A stretch of 55,810 nucleotides of DNA, filler included, from Platydemus manokwari (GCA_037951405.1; 4 parts of 4 records of this genome joined end to end with filler, not necessarily neighbours in it); one strand, 5' to 3'; shown: positions 12,668-30,411, numbered from the whole stretch's first letter. Translations and numbers: made by a program. Notes: a model not told the origin generated them from the sequence alone.

Positions 12668-15600
12668 TAATAATNNNNNNNNNNNNNNNNNNNNNNNNNN
12701 NNNNNNNNNNNNNNNNNNNNNNNNNNNNNNNNNNNNNNNNNNNNNNNNNNNNNNNNNNNNNNNNNNNNNNNNNNNNNNNNNNNNNNNNNNNNNNNNNNNN
12801 NNNNNNNNNNNNNNNNNNNNNNNNNNNNNNNNNNNNNNNNNNNNNNNNNNNACACTTGATTAATAGAATTATTCTGAGACCTTTGAATCAGTTACACCTA
12901 CAGGTTAATTATTTTAAACAAATCAGATAATGTTTTTAAAAATTGATTAAAAATTGAAGTTATTTTTTTCAATATTGGCACAATGAAATAACGGAATGTT
13001 TGCTTTATCAAATAAAAGAAATATTTAAATTAGAAAACGTAGAATATGGCAGAATTTTTGATGAATTTTAGAGTGTTGTTTCCAAACATATTAAATATAA
13101 AATTACGTCATTAAATGCCAGAAGGATGTTATTTATTTTTCTATAAACATATATGGGACCAAGATAACATCAGCAAACGCATTTACGATCCTGTGGTAGG
13201 TTAGAGATTGGACTTGGGCGAAATGATTCAAGTCCACCAATTAGAGAAATGCTATTTCGAGATCTTATTCAATGACTATAAATTATTGCTAAACTAATAA
13301 TAATAATAAAAATAAAAATAATTTCGATTAAAACTAACTAACTAATCTTTAATTTCTCAATAATCTGTTATAAAAATATTCTAATAGTACGAGCAAATAT
13401 AGCCTTGTTGTGTTATACTTAATGTTCGAGCTTCAAAATCGCAGCATCAAGTCTTGTATTTGGTACTGAATTTGATGTTGAATATGGCTGACTGTTAGTT
13501 GATGAAAAACTTTATAAATTCTCATGCGTCATTTTCACAACCAAATGAAATTTTACAATTCAGCATTGTAATGAATCAAACGGTAAACCAGCTATTTTCA
13601 TTGCGTACTTATCACTCAGAATCAGAGTTTTGAGTAGAATTAACAAGTCGTATTAGGCTTTTGTTTATTAGTTAATTTAATGTACGACATGAAATAATCG
13701 AAAGAAAATTAAATAGTTGTTAAAGAATTTATTTATCAAGCATGTCATTACATACGTTCTCTAGATGTCTTTATACGTGAGCCAGGAAGCTGTTTTTGAG
13801 TTCGTTAACATGAGATATATTTATCTCACGAAGAGAGTCGATAGGAAGTGATATTTCTATGATCTTTGTGATATTTCTATGAACAACTAGATATCCGCTA
13901 TGTTTATTGTATTGGAATGTTCAATAGGAAAATATCTTTCGAAATAAAAATAATTTCTCATGGAAATTATTTGAACAGCGGTTTAATTTATGAAAAAAAA
14001 AATTTCAAAAATCTTTTACTTTAACGCGGTTTTTCCATAAATAGATGAAGTGGATGATCAAGATTTCATCATGGTTTGAAATATCAAGAAGCATTTAAAG
14101 TAGATCTACTTTCCGATTTGGAAGTTGTAATTTGGGTAGTGACTAATTTTTGTTGAGGATAACTAAACATTAAATATAATTGTGAGATATTTATTATGAA
14201 TTAAATTTCAATTTAATTCAAAACAGTTTTAATTCACATTTTTTTCAAATTTTATTCTGATGTAACTTTATAAAAAATTTAATTAATGTAAAATTAGAAT
14301 TATTTGTTTAAATATTTGGATTTAAATAGATTGATTGTGTCTTGACTTTTCAGTTTGTTTTTAATAAAAGAGGTTAACAGTATTAATACAAAGCTATCGG
14401 TTAAGTAAAACAATTGATTAAGAATAAAAATACATGTGGGAGATGACCACAAGATGAAATTCACAAATTTTTTTTGGATGCCTACTAATTGATAGGAGCT
14501 AGCGATATTGTCTAAAATTTAGTATTCAAAAATTAAGAGACCGAAACCAAAGGATAAGGAAAGTTTTACAGGAAAGAAAGAAATAACTTGGACATTAAGA
14601 AAGGATACCACTCAGCCTTAAAAATGCTAAAACACGCAATCAAACCCAACAAAGATATTCAGCAATAATGCAACGGAAGAATCTCAGGAGTAAAGGAAAA
14701 GGAAAATAGCATCAGGAGTTTATTATCAAATAAACTTTAGAGTTAGAGAAACGTAGCAAGGAGTAGAAAGGTAAACAAATGATCAAAAACAGAAGACAAA
14801 GTTATGAGGAATTTTAGTAATTAGGAAATGCTAACGTATGGTCATGCTGGTTGTGATTACAAATTACTGGCTAATAACAGAGGACGACTTAGACGCAGTT
14901 GAAGGAAAAAGAGAAAACCCATAAACAAAATTAATGGTTGCTCAGTATATGGGTGCGGCACACATGGTAGTGTTGTGTTCTCGAGTTTAACTAAACATAG
15001 TGGCTGTACAAAACCGTTTTTGTTTAAGATATTTTGTTTGAATTTGTTTATTTTATTTGAAATCGATTTTATATTTATTTTCAGGAATCGAACAACTTAT
15101 ACCTAAACATTAATATGACTACATAAATGGTAATATTATAATAACGAATTGTCAAATGAACACTTCTTATACTTCATATGTCGATTAATGGATGTGATTT
15201 TTTGAAAGTTATATGTTATTATAAGATTTATAACAAACCAAAAATCAATAAAGAGAGAATGAATAAAAATATATTACCTTGATCTTCAAATACATATATT
15301 ACATAAATAGTGATGTCTCTGTTAAAGTCAAAATCTATTTAAGGGTCATAACAAAGACATGAGAAAAATCGTAAGGTAATTACATTTTAGTGATCATTAG
15401 AATAGCCATTATTATGGTTTGAGCTTGTTATTAATATCTCTGTTTATATCTGTATTTCGAATGTATTCTTTATTAATTGCGGAATTTAAGTGTTTGGTTT
15501 AAGTGCTTAGGTTTCATGCATATATTTATGATTTGGGATCTACTCATAGACCGTTTTATTTATGTTCAGATAGCTAATTAATGTATTTTCAATGTCGGCA

Positions 15601-16792
15601 TGGTGATTTGCAATGTTGCCATGACTACTATTTAAATTTGAAATTACTATGACTGCAACTATATAATTATCATGATTAAATCTGGATTTTTAGGAATTTT
15701 ATTATTCAAATTATTTGAGCCCACGACATGATTTTTACTTTAATCATTTTCAGATTTATTAGCCCTATAAGTCTTTATGAAGTTAAAAACAGCTAGAAAT
15801 AGCAATTAGGCACATTAATACAGTCTGTAAAAAGAATTAGATCTCGAAACCATGGCGGATAAATCCCGTGATTAGTATTGTGATTATGTTCCATCGTTTC
15901 TGTGATTTCCATGTTCTTGCATTTATCAGACACTATTATTGGATTAATCATAGTTTATTAATCTATTTTGGAGTAGCTTTCAACGCGACATAATTAATAA
16001 AAATGATATAATCTGTGTGAGCTTGTATTATTTGATAAAGAACGAATAGAAAACTAACTGAAAAGTCACGACAGATTTTAATCACAATTAAATAAAAAAA
16101 TGAATCTGATTTTAAAATTTTTCAAAATTCAATTCATACAAGTCCTCATTGCCGGAGAACGACACATAAGCAGACATTTATATTGAAAAAGTTTACAAAA
16201 ATATCAGTGGCATGACGTGTTGGTTAACAATTTTGAATTTTACCAGGCACGTTCCATTATATTAATATTGACTTTTATAATTCAGACTTGCTTGTATGTT
16301 TATTTTGTTAATTAAATAAATTAAAAGTCGAAAAACGTCGAGTTTTGTAATGTTAATTAACTCTACCTTTAGTACCTTTCCTAATTATTAATAGTCAAAA
16401 GTAATGCCGAATCAAAATGGGTAGCTAAAAATAAAATTTATCGTTTTTGCGCGATTATTAACGGACACTCGATGCTGAAAAATTTAATTTGAATCACAAT
16501 CAATCACAAACTGTATTAGTTATCAAATATAAACCAACAATAGCCATCACCCAAGATGGGATCAGCACCCGAAAATTGAATACAAAACACGAGACATTCA
16601 CGAAGATTGGCTTGATATATCAAAGGAATTTGATTGGCTTATCGAATCTATGTGTATCAACTCTTTGGGAGTTATTTCCAAGATTTCGTGAATATTTTGT
16701 GACTTACCCTACAGGTTGATCAATTTTAATTCCCTCAATTATTGATTTTAAATGTCTCGTAAATTAATTTCGATTTTCTTTCACATTTTCAG

Positions 16793-19700
16793 ATAAATCA
16801 AGGAGACACTGTTAAAAATTGCAGTCTATTGTCATTAAACCTTCCTACCAGAAGTAAAAGTTTCACTAAAGGTGAAAATCCATATCGTTTTGAATATAAT
16901 GAAAAGTCTCCGATCAGTAGTCCTGATGAAAATAATGCTGCTGGCCTTCTAGTTCCACAATCAATGAACGATAACAATAGTGAAGCAAAGATCGCTTATG
17001 AAATATTTGTAGTTGGAAAAACTGGTGTTGGAAAGACCGCTTTATGCGAGCAATTTTTAACTTCAGAAACTTGTGAATTCTACTCAATAGGTAAAATAAT
17101 TTATTAAGCTAATAAAAAGGCAATATTTATAAGTAGTATTTTATATGGCCAAGACAAGGTTTTCAAATTTGAGACGTGTTAGTATATCTAAGATTTTTGT
17201 GATATCTACTTTATATCATAATATTTATCCATCACTAAAATGATGATTTTAAAGGTCTCCCATGATTTTCAATTCTAATATCACCTTACTTGACATTAAT
17301 ACTCGTTTTATGTAACCATGATAGGTTATCGAAATTCTAAAACCTTAAACCGATAATGAAAAGGTTGAAAAACAGATTGAAACAGTATTTATTGATATAA
17401 TAAATGAAAATGTATATTTTATTTTTTATTAATAACCCAAATGACTTGATGGTAACTGATAACGTAGAGATGTAGAAAAATTCAAAATAATTTATGAAAT
17501 ATGTTTTTACCGATTTATTATCGTCAAAATTCCAAGAATAACATTAAATAAATCACAAATTTATAATAACTATTTCCGAATACTCTCAAAATATTCATGG
17601 TGAACGATACATTATGAACGCTAGATAGAAGTCGCTCAGTTCTTATTCATATTGTCCATACTGACATATAGATGATAGTTATTATCAATATTCATCATGG
17701 AAATCATCACATATTGCAATTCTTATACCAACAATCACAACAACTCTTATGTCTCATAATATCGATACATGGTAACCATTATTTAATGTCCTTTTCTCAA
17801 TATTTTACACAAAATTTTCTTATAATATTCTTATTTTTCCATATTTTTGTGAAAACAAATTAACATCAACATATTAATAATGATACAATTGGAGTCGAAC
17901 CCGGATTGAATGATTGTAAGGCATCCACGCTGAATGTTATACCAATGAACACTCGAACTAAATAGTTCATTTCTTATTTATATTTTCCATATAAAAACTG
18001 TTTTAATTATATTTTATGAAGTTTTATCATAATTAATGCATTATAATTTCATTTTCCAAAAACGTTTCACAGACAATCCCGGGAAAACTATACGACAAGT
18101 GGCAGTAGAGTTGGATGATAATGAGTGGAATTTAATATTTCATGATTACGATTTTCCCAAAGCGTTCGATTCAGCTGAGGTAAAAAATTAAATTAAATTT
18201 TTTTTCCATTAATTGATTTTAATTATTAAATTATTATAAATTCTGAATTTCTGTATTTTATAATGAAAATCTCGTAATTTGGATAAAATATAAATATCTC
18301 ATAAACATTATAAAATATCATTTTCAATTATAACGACTTAAAGAAGGGGTGTGCCGCGAATTAAGTAATTAGTAAGCGTTGTTATGCTTTATATCATCTT
18401 TATACCTCCTTCACAATATTAGCAGACTCTTTGCAGAAATTTCTTATTTAACATTTAGATGTTGTAATTTAAGGTTTAAGCAGGACGAATAAAAAAACAC
18501 GAATAAATATTCTAAAAACTCTCTTAGATTTATTTTCCTTAATTTTAAATTTAATTCACCTTTAAATGTGGACAAGTTTTTCAAAAGAAGAGGCGATAGT
18601 GACAAGAATGATTTTACAACTTCATTTAAAAAACCAAAGGTTCATCGGTTGTATAGTCTCTTTGCTTTTCAAATCGATGAATCCGCTGACATAAGTAACT
18701 ATTTACAGTTAATTGCATTTATACTTGTCGTCGATGAAGATGCCATAATTAATCAATTTCTATGCTGCAAATAGTTACCAACAACTATAAAAGGTGAAGA
18801 TATTTTTGATACAATCACAATATGCCTCGAAAAATATGTCTTATCGTCTGATTTATGTGTGGGAATATGAACCGATGGAGCACCATCAATTATTGGTTCT
18901 GTTAAAATTTTTGCATCTTTAGTGGAAAAACAGAATCCTAACATCGTGCCAAGCCATTGTTTTTTGCACATAGAAGTTTTAGTTTCAAAGATAACACAAA
19001 ATGAACTAAAACAGTCGTTGAATCAAGTAATCGAAATGGTAAATTTCATAAAACCTAGACCGTTGAAGTCCAGAATGTATGAGTTGCTTTGAAAGGATAT
19101 GGGTTATCATAATGTTCATTTACTATTGTACACAGACATAAGGTGGTTATCAATGGGAAAGATGCTATCTCGCGTTATTGAGCTTCAGAAAGAACTTTTT
19201 ATTTCTTTGAAAATGAGAAGCTTGATATATTTTATAAATTCCTTAAAAATGAATTGTGGATGTCCAAAATAGGGTACTTAAGTAAGATATTTGGACATCT
19301 CAATAGTCTGGATAGCAATATGCAAGGCAGAAATGAAAATATTCTTACGGAAACAGATAAATTAGTTACTTTTAAGAAAAAATTCCAATATAGAGAAAAG
19401 AATGATGGTAAAAGAGTTGGATACGAGATGATTCTCATAATTAGTGAGCATTTGACAATTTTTATCAAATAAAATTGAAGAATATTTCCCCTTAATCAGC
19501 ATTGAAGAATTTCATTTGATTCGCAATCATTTCCTAGATTTATCGATTTATTAATATTCCCAACATTCAGTTATGTGAAGAGGAAAAACCAGAGAGTCTT
19601 TCCGGTGATTAGAGACTCAAATTGAAGTGCGCACAGCTGCATTTGACGCCTTTTGGATTTCTGTTATGAACGAATATCCAACTCTTAGTAAAAGAGCCAT

Positions 19701-22700
19701 CAAAGACTTACTGTAATTCTCAACTTCGTACCTATGTGAACTAGGATTTTCTTACCTAAACAACATTAAAAATAAAAAACGAGAAAGAATTAAAAACATT
19801 GAAGAAGAGTTAAGAGTAAGTCTTTCTCAAAATTCAAAGAGCTGAATAGTGTGCCGCGATTTTAAAAAGACCGAGAAACACTGACTTAGAGTCTCGATAC
19901 ATTTGTTTTATACATTGATAATTATTATCGAAACTAAACAAAGCTAATATCTTGATTTCTTGAATATAAGCCAATTCAAAATGAAATATCATGAGTTTTA
20001 CTTTGTATTGCTGATAATTTAGTTGACAGAATAATGTTGCGGAAAGTTACCACCTTGAATTTTATGAAAGAAAAAATTGATTTCGAAAAAATAATAGGCT
20101 GATGGTCAATGGTTCACCGAATTCGAACTGTAAAAATCGTTCATTTCTATGACGAGTCGTCAAAATATTGACTTAACGAAACCGGGAAATAAAATTTTGC
20201 ATCAAATTAAATATAACAGTATCCATCAACTATGTAAAAATCAGTTAATGAATCTAGTGTCTATTCTAATATAAAAAGGTCGTCGAAATCCTTATAAAAG
20301 TTCCGCGATTTATGAGCACACTCTAGCATCCTACGTGGAGAAATGATTTTCATAGTTGACAGTTGAGTTTTAGAAATAGAGCGCAGTTATTCCTTGAATC
20401 ACAAATACTCGATTAAACACTGACAGTGTGCATATCCTTGGATTTCGTATTATTTTAATCGATATTAGACCAATAAACTCGATTATGATTATTAAATGGT
20501 CAATTAAATTAAATCTTGGTTGGATATATCTATTCAAACAATTTTTACCATAAATTGTGGAATTTATCTTAATAAAGCTTTGAAATATTCAGAGAACTCA
20601 TTAATCGATGAGGTTCGTCCTCATTAAGCCCTTTTACCAAATAAAAATGATAACTTTTGAGACCCAAGTTCATTTTAAGAATACTATGAACCGATGATTT
20701 TGAGGTGCTATATATGCGATGTCATCTAAGATATCATCCAACCCATTTGGATCGTAAGCACCTGCACCAACTTCATTGTCGTAATTATCATTAGAATATT
20801 TACCGTGTGATTTTTTGTCTATACTTCTAGCTGATTCAAATCTCTAAGTTAAAGAAAAACTCGACTTGTGATCAATTCATGTTCCGTAAAAATTTCAAAA
20901 TATTAAAGCAGTTCGGAGCAATTTTCTTTTTTGCACAAATTCTTCACACTACCAAGCCTTCAGTCTTTTCACGTTGTTTCTTCATTGAATTTGAATAGAA
21001 GCCCACTTATCAATGGAAACAATTTGAATTTTTAAAGTTAGTAGAATTTACTGTGGTAATCATTGAATTCCGGCAGATTTTGTTTGAAAGGGGTGCTTTT
21101 TAACTATTGTGCTTGCTAACATATTAAATCCTCTGATTTCGTGATAGACATAATGTAGGCATATGTTTGAAGTCTTTGTATGTGATTTTAACAGAAAGTC
21201 GATTGTGCTTATCAAACTTTACTTTTTCTAATGCTGAACATACAGAGTGAACAAATTATGAAGATTCACAATAAATCACATTATAAGGTTCAGAATCCGA
21301 AAGATAAGCAGAAAAATTAACCAATAAGCTGCAGACTAAATGACTGTTAATTCCGTAAGACTTGGTACAATTTATAGAGGTTAATTTGTGTTTGAATTTT
21401 CATTTGACACCAATGTACTAGATTTTATTGATTATTTTCCGTTTTATTTTCTCATTTTATCTTTTGCTCGTTGTATTAACATGCAGTGATATCTCTAATT
21501 TCCCATTGTTACAAGTATGTTCTTATCGGTATATTTACACAAAATAATGCATTATTCAATGAATTTGGACAAAGATTTGGATAGCTAGTCGTTTACTCTA
21601 AAAATAGTTGCAGATACAAATGATGGTAAGCATCTTGCAAGCAGAGGAATTCTAGAAAAGTTAATTTAATTTAATTATGAAACTTTTAAAAATACTTTGA
21701 TTTTTAATAAAATAAACAAGATAGTATTTATTTTAAAATGTGGCTGCCCTACTAATTATTAAAAGATGACGATATTAATTTTTTTGTACTGAAATAAATA
21801 AATTTTCCACAAAATCTCATTTTGAACAAGTTTAAATTGAATCTACTTCAACAGATATTATAAATGTTTATAAATTTAAAATACAAGTCACTCATAAAGC
21901 ACAAAATGACTTCTTTAAAAATGATCATTTTACCAGCTTTAAATCAGAATTTCAGTTATATTAATTCATTTGTAACTTACTTATACAGTATATACTTCTC
22001 GATTTATATATTTTTCCATTCTGTCCTAAATAATAGACAATATTCATAATAGAAAATATTTATCCTATCGATATTACAGAAAAATAATTTTAAAAATTGT
22101 TATAAAAATATTGATTTTAATATTTGAATAAAATGAAATATAGATCTTTATTATACTAAATAAAGTACTTGATATCCTCATCATAGAAATCCCCTGATGC
22201 TTACATATTAGTATATTCGATTGATGACAAAGATAGTTTTGATTGGTGCACAGAGATTCTTCAAGATCTTCTGGATTCTTATTCAACAGCTGCCATTTTT
22301 ATAGTAGCTAATAAATCAGATCTGGAACGTCTTCGACAAGTTTCAAGTGAAAGTAATTATTATTAAATTTTAGCAATCTGATTTTGTTTATTTTAAAACT
22401 AAAAATTTAGATAATAATTAAACGAACTACTTTAAAGTACCAAAAAAACAAAAAAAAATCAGGTAAATAAAACTAAAACATGACACTGACATTTTACAGA
22501 TTATGATGTTGTGTTAGTATTTTAGTTTCAGTTCTGTTAAACTATTTGTATCTAAATATTTATTTAAATTAAAATGTTAATTTACTTATACATTTAAATA
22601 GAAGGGAAACGATTGGCAAGTATCTACGATGCTGAATTTTTCGAAATTTCCACAATTTTAAATCATATGGTGGACAATCTATTAGTTCAAATAATTATGA

Positions 22701-22831
22701 AAATTCGTAGACACAAGAAAAAGTTAAGAAAGGCCAAAGATTCGAAAACCAAATATTCAATGAAACACAAAAGATCGACACCGGGCAATTTATTTATGGA
22801 TTTTTTTCGTAAACTTTCAAGAGCTTTCTAA
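16793..22831 (+). CDS. RGK-family (Rem/Rad/Gem-like) small GTPase
   Basis: Exons 16793-17090, 18073-18179, 22187-22352 and 22602-22831 are phase-consistent. Motifs: G1 VVGKTGVGKTALCEQFLTSE, VELDDNEWNLIFHD, PDAYILVYSIDDKDSF, IVANKSDLERLRQVS, GKRLASIYDAEFFEISTILNHMVDNLLVQI, then a basic tail. There is no DTAGQ G3 motif, which is typical of RGK proteins. The start codon is unresolved. Confidence 0.82.
17881..17952 (-). pseudogene. tRNA-Gly(TCC)-derived pseudogene or SINE head
   Basis: The minus strand reads GTGTTCATTGGTATAACATTCAGCGTGGATGCCTTACAATCATTCAATCCGGGTTCGACTCC: an intact B-box/T-loop and a Gly-TCC-like anticodon arm (GATGC CT TAC AA), but the D-loop GG is lost and the acceptor stem does not pair. 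It lies in an RGK intron. Confidence 0.55.
18344..19883 (+). mobile_element. Decayed hAT transposon, Buster/Charlie (ZBED5/SCAND3-like transposase), in an RGK intron
   Basis: Transposase remnants broken by stops and frameshifts: FAFQIDESADIS, TDGAPSIIG, HCFLHIEVL (CxxH), FIKPRPLKSR, IRWLSMGK, FSTSYLCELGFS..KNKKRER. The right terminus is ...GAGAAACACTG. The 8-bp TSD-like flanks ACTTAAAG (18336-18343) and ACTTAGAG (19884-19891) have a central TA. The subterminal motif GTGTGCCGCGA occurs at 18349 and 19849. Confidence 0.92.
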
Positions 22832-23448
22832 AGAAAACGGTGATAAATAATAATAAATATTTCTCATTTTATCATTTGAAAAATATATTCTCATAATTAC
22901 CAATAATTGGATTTATTGCAATCTTATCGAATTTTCAAAAAATGATTCCCAAATGATTCTGAAACAGACGATACTTAGTCATAGTAAATACATATATTTC
23001 TAAATTTCATAATTTGGCCGACTATAATATACAATTAATAACACAATTACCTGGCGAATAGCAAGTTGAAAATTGTTTAGAAATAATTAAAATATAATAT
23101 TTTACAACAATAATCTTTGATGAAACAACAAAATACAGATAAATAACATAACGAATAGTGATTATTGAAAAATCTATTCATACTGGTCGTTGAAACAAAC
23201 TGTTTATATACATTATAGTCATTTAGGATTCCAAAATGATTAACATAATTCCACTACACCGCATAATTATTGATTACCACTAATCATTATTTTTTTCAGA
23301 ATATATATCTGCAGCACATGAACTAAATCATTAAATGAATCAGGAATATCAATAACATATTGTCAATATTGTTCATTAACACAGCATAAAACACAACTGC
23401 AATCAGATAGTATTATTATATATGATAGAGAAATAAAATGAGATCAGG

Positions 23449-26895
<3,447 letters not shown>

Positions 26896-27755
26896 TTAAT
26901 TTCACGCTTCGATATTATCACAGTTGTTATGGAACCTATTAACTGTCAATAAAATTATGAAAACTTAAACTCGATACTGATAAGATACTAATATTTGTTT
27001 TAAAAATCACAATAATAGTAAAATTAAGGAATTATTAAACTCAATATCTTAAGGGGTTTTAGTTGGTAATAATCAATTATGGCAAAATAATATTCAGAAA
27101 TAAACCGGAAAAAATCAAACTTTAGGTCATTATAAAGCACAGTGTCCATAGGATATAAATAATTAGTTCATAAACTTTTCAATCACAATACTGGCCTATC
27201 GACTCGATAATAAATGAGATTTCATCGCCATTATTATTCAACTGGAAGTAGGTTTGAAACTAATGAATTTTCTCTCGACACAAAACCATTATTGCATTAT
27301 CTCGGTGCGCGATAGGCTTGTTATTTTTATTCCAATTTATTCACGAAATCTTTATCGAAATTGATGTCTCGTTATTATCAGATTGCGAATATCTTAATAC
27401 AAAAATAATATAAATATCTATAATGATAATGGACCTCGGTAGAGGTTTTATTACGATATTGTCATCATTATTATTATTATTTACAAATACCCTTATAGCT
27501 GCCATACATCTTGAATGTTATTGCGAGGATTTATTATAAATTGTATTTTAAAAATTAAATTTTTATAAAATAATTTAGTGTCATAACATTTCAGTTCGTT
27601 TTTAATTTATGCTTTATTAAGTAGTAGCGACCTGCAGTAATCGTGGTTTTCTTGATGATATTATAGATATTAAAATTATTGCTTGTTATTTCTATCATTG
27701 GTATTTTTATTACTGCTATTATAATCATTATTATTATTGGCATTATTTCTAATTA

Positions 27756-27855
27756 NNNNNNNNNNNNNNNNNNNNNNNNNNNNNNNNNNNNNNNNNNNNT
27801 TAATTAATTAANNNNNNNNNNNNNNNNNNNNNNNNNNNNNNNNNNNNNNNNNNNN
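27756..27855. other. Artificial scaffold-joining spacer (44N-TTAATTAATTAA-44N)
   Basis: Same 100-bp structure; the 12-mer is at 27800-27811. Confidence 0.95.
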
Positions 27856-28886
27856 AATACTTAAAGAATATAATTAAATAAACAATAAAGAATTATGCAA
27901 TACACTCAACAAATTTAAAATTTTGTTTTAGGACTCTTTTTTGAACTTTAGCCATTATATTTACTGCGAAATTATTCTACAAAACACTTTTTATTTCCAT
28001 GCGATAATAATGGTTAGTACAAAGAAAAACATTTTATAAAAATATTAATTAACACAATAGGTTACTTAGGTTGATAGTTCAATTTATTTTGCTGAAGATT
28101 TAAATCGGGTCCATTTAAAATATTCAAAAATTCCAACTATAATAACGCATTTTATGAAAATATTTTAACGAGTACTATATAATACTATCCAAACGAGAAT
28201 TAATAGTTAATCATTACTATAAAATTATGCAAAAAATAAAATTTAAATACTAAAACTATCTATGATAAGTTTAATTAAAAAACCCATTAAAATTGAAATA
28301 TCTGAATTAAATGAAAACATTATATAAAAATTGGAGTATGTTAACACAATCAAACTGTTATTATCGCATTTCATTCCAGGAAAAATTATAACATTAATCG
28401 AGCTAGCGAAACAATTAATAATAAATTGAAAAGTGATAAAAATCCGTTTACAAACTATGAATATTTTTAGATTCGCTTATAACTAAGAATGGTTTTGTCG
28501 CTAACATTACTTCAAATAATATATTAATCAGTTTTCTGTAAATTTGAAATAAAATTTTTATAAAATATATCAGATTTTACGACAAATTCAGCCTACTGTA
28601 TGAACTTACATTTGTAAAATATTAACTTGGTTATTTAAGAAAACAAAATTCAGATTTATTAATATATTAATTGATTAAACTATCGTGAATGTTGAATGGA
28701 TTTTCGATTTTAGTGATATTAACCGAGTTCGCCTATACTTGTATTGACAATATTTTTTAAATCTCGAATTTTAGTATCATTAATGAAAATATCGAAATGA
28801 CCATTTTTAGACAACAGTAATCTGAAAATTTTAAAATATGCAAATCGAAAAGATTATTTGAGACGAAAATTCATAAATCTACTCAC

Positions 28887-29359
28887 CGATGAGATATTTA
28901 CATATACATTTATCAGCATATACATTGATATCGCTAATCCACTTTTCCAAACTGTGAAAAGATTTCTTTTCGGTTATATCGTATACTAATATCAAAGCAG
29001 CTGCTGAACGGTAGTATGTCTTTGTGAGAGATCTGAATCTTTCCTGGCCAGCTGTATCCCATATTTGCAACTAATGAATTAGTCTTGTTTAAATCAGTCG
29101 AATTAAAATTGACAAATATTGTTTTTACCATTACTTTAATATCGTTTTTTAACAACACATTTTTCACCAAATAATCAACACCGATTGTCGGACATAAATT
29201 ATGAATAAACATTCCCTAAAACTGAAACGTAATTGATTTGAAATTTAAAATGGGAATTACCTTTGTAAATCTAAGAAGCAAACTAGATTTTCCAACACCG
29301 GCATCTCCAATTAATACAACTTTAAATTTGTAAAATGGTCTATAGTGTATATTTTGCAT
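28887..29359 (-). CDS. RAB30: Rab GTPase, Rab30-like (3' end missing)
   Basis: Exons 29359-29261 (MQNIHYRPFYKFKVVLIGDAGVGKSSLLLRFTK), 29215-29129 (GMF..PTIGVDYLVK) and 29070-28887 (LQIWDTAGQERFRSLTKTYYRSAAALILVYDIT..YLIG). The NKxD exon was not found before the spacer. Rab identity is certain; the Rab30/19/43 subfamily is inferred. Confidence 0.8.
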
Positions 29360-30411
29360 AATTATTTATCGACATATTGATTTGAATTAATATTAGATAT
29401 TGTTTTATTCATCTGAATGACTCACAAAATTTATATTTTTAGAAGTCAAATAGTAATTATTTATATAAATATATATTTATTTATTAGAAAGTCTTTTGTC
29501 AACATCCTCAATCCATTGGATGGATTTGTTTATATTCTTGATGTGGCCTAAGGTTTTAAAAATATATATTGGGATCCAATTTCAAAGAAAATAGCGATTT
29601 TGTTTTGATTATTCAGATATTTGATAAATATATTGACACAAAACTTGTAGGATAAAAATATATTCAACCAGCTATCATTATCATGGATTTTTAAATCACA
29701 TATTTTTACTTAAATAAAGATTGAACGTAAAATATTATCATGGAAATAATTTGTCGATTTTTCTTTTTATTTCTGACAAAAATTGCTTTTAAAATTTGAA
29801 ATGGTGTAATTAAATTAATACTAAACTAATAATTGGTTGTAAATAAGTATTTTATTTGAGTATTAGTTGCTACCATTTGAAATGCGCACTGGAGACGATT
29901 ATTAGAATTCAATATAATATTTAAACAAATTGTCGTTTTTTTAAATATATTTAAATTTCTTTAATTTGATTATTTAAGAATTAAATATCAAAACTTAAAA
30001 ATCTTCAAAGTACACTCTAGAGAAATTGTTTGTAAGGTTTTTATTTCTAATTCGGTAGAACTGTTTATTCTTTTAGATTGTACTGTCAATGGTACAGTCT
30101 TCTATAAAATGCCTTTATAAAATGCAGAACCAATCATTCTCCAGATTTGTAATAATAATAAATAATCAGATTGATGGTACCATGCATTAAAATTGTTTTT
30201 GATTTGTTAAACTAATTAATAATTTAAATCGAATAATCAACATTCAAATGTACCAGAGTTAGCGCTTCTTATTTATATAATAATTATTCCAACTAAAAGA
30301 ATGACTATCATTGACTCAAATCTGATTGGTTGACAATTTATTTTCATGTAACATACATTTTCTGTGTGTTTGTTTAGTATTTTTTCGAATATTTTTCTTT
30401 AATGAATTTTC

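Noticed and set aside
14420-14960. Purine-rich, coding-like stretch (also 20640-21250), possibly old retroelement debris
   Set aside because: No diagnostic motif could be read.
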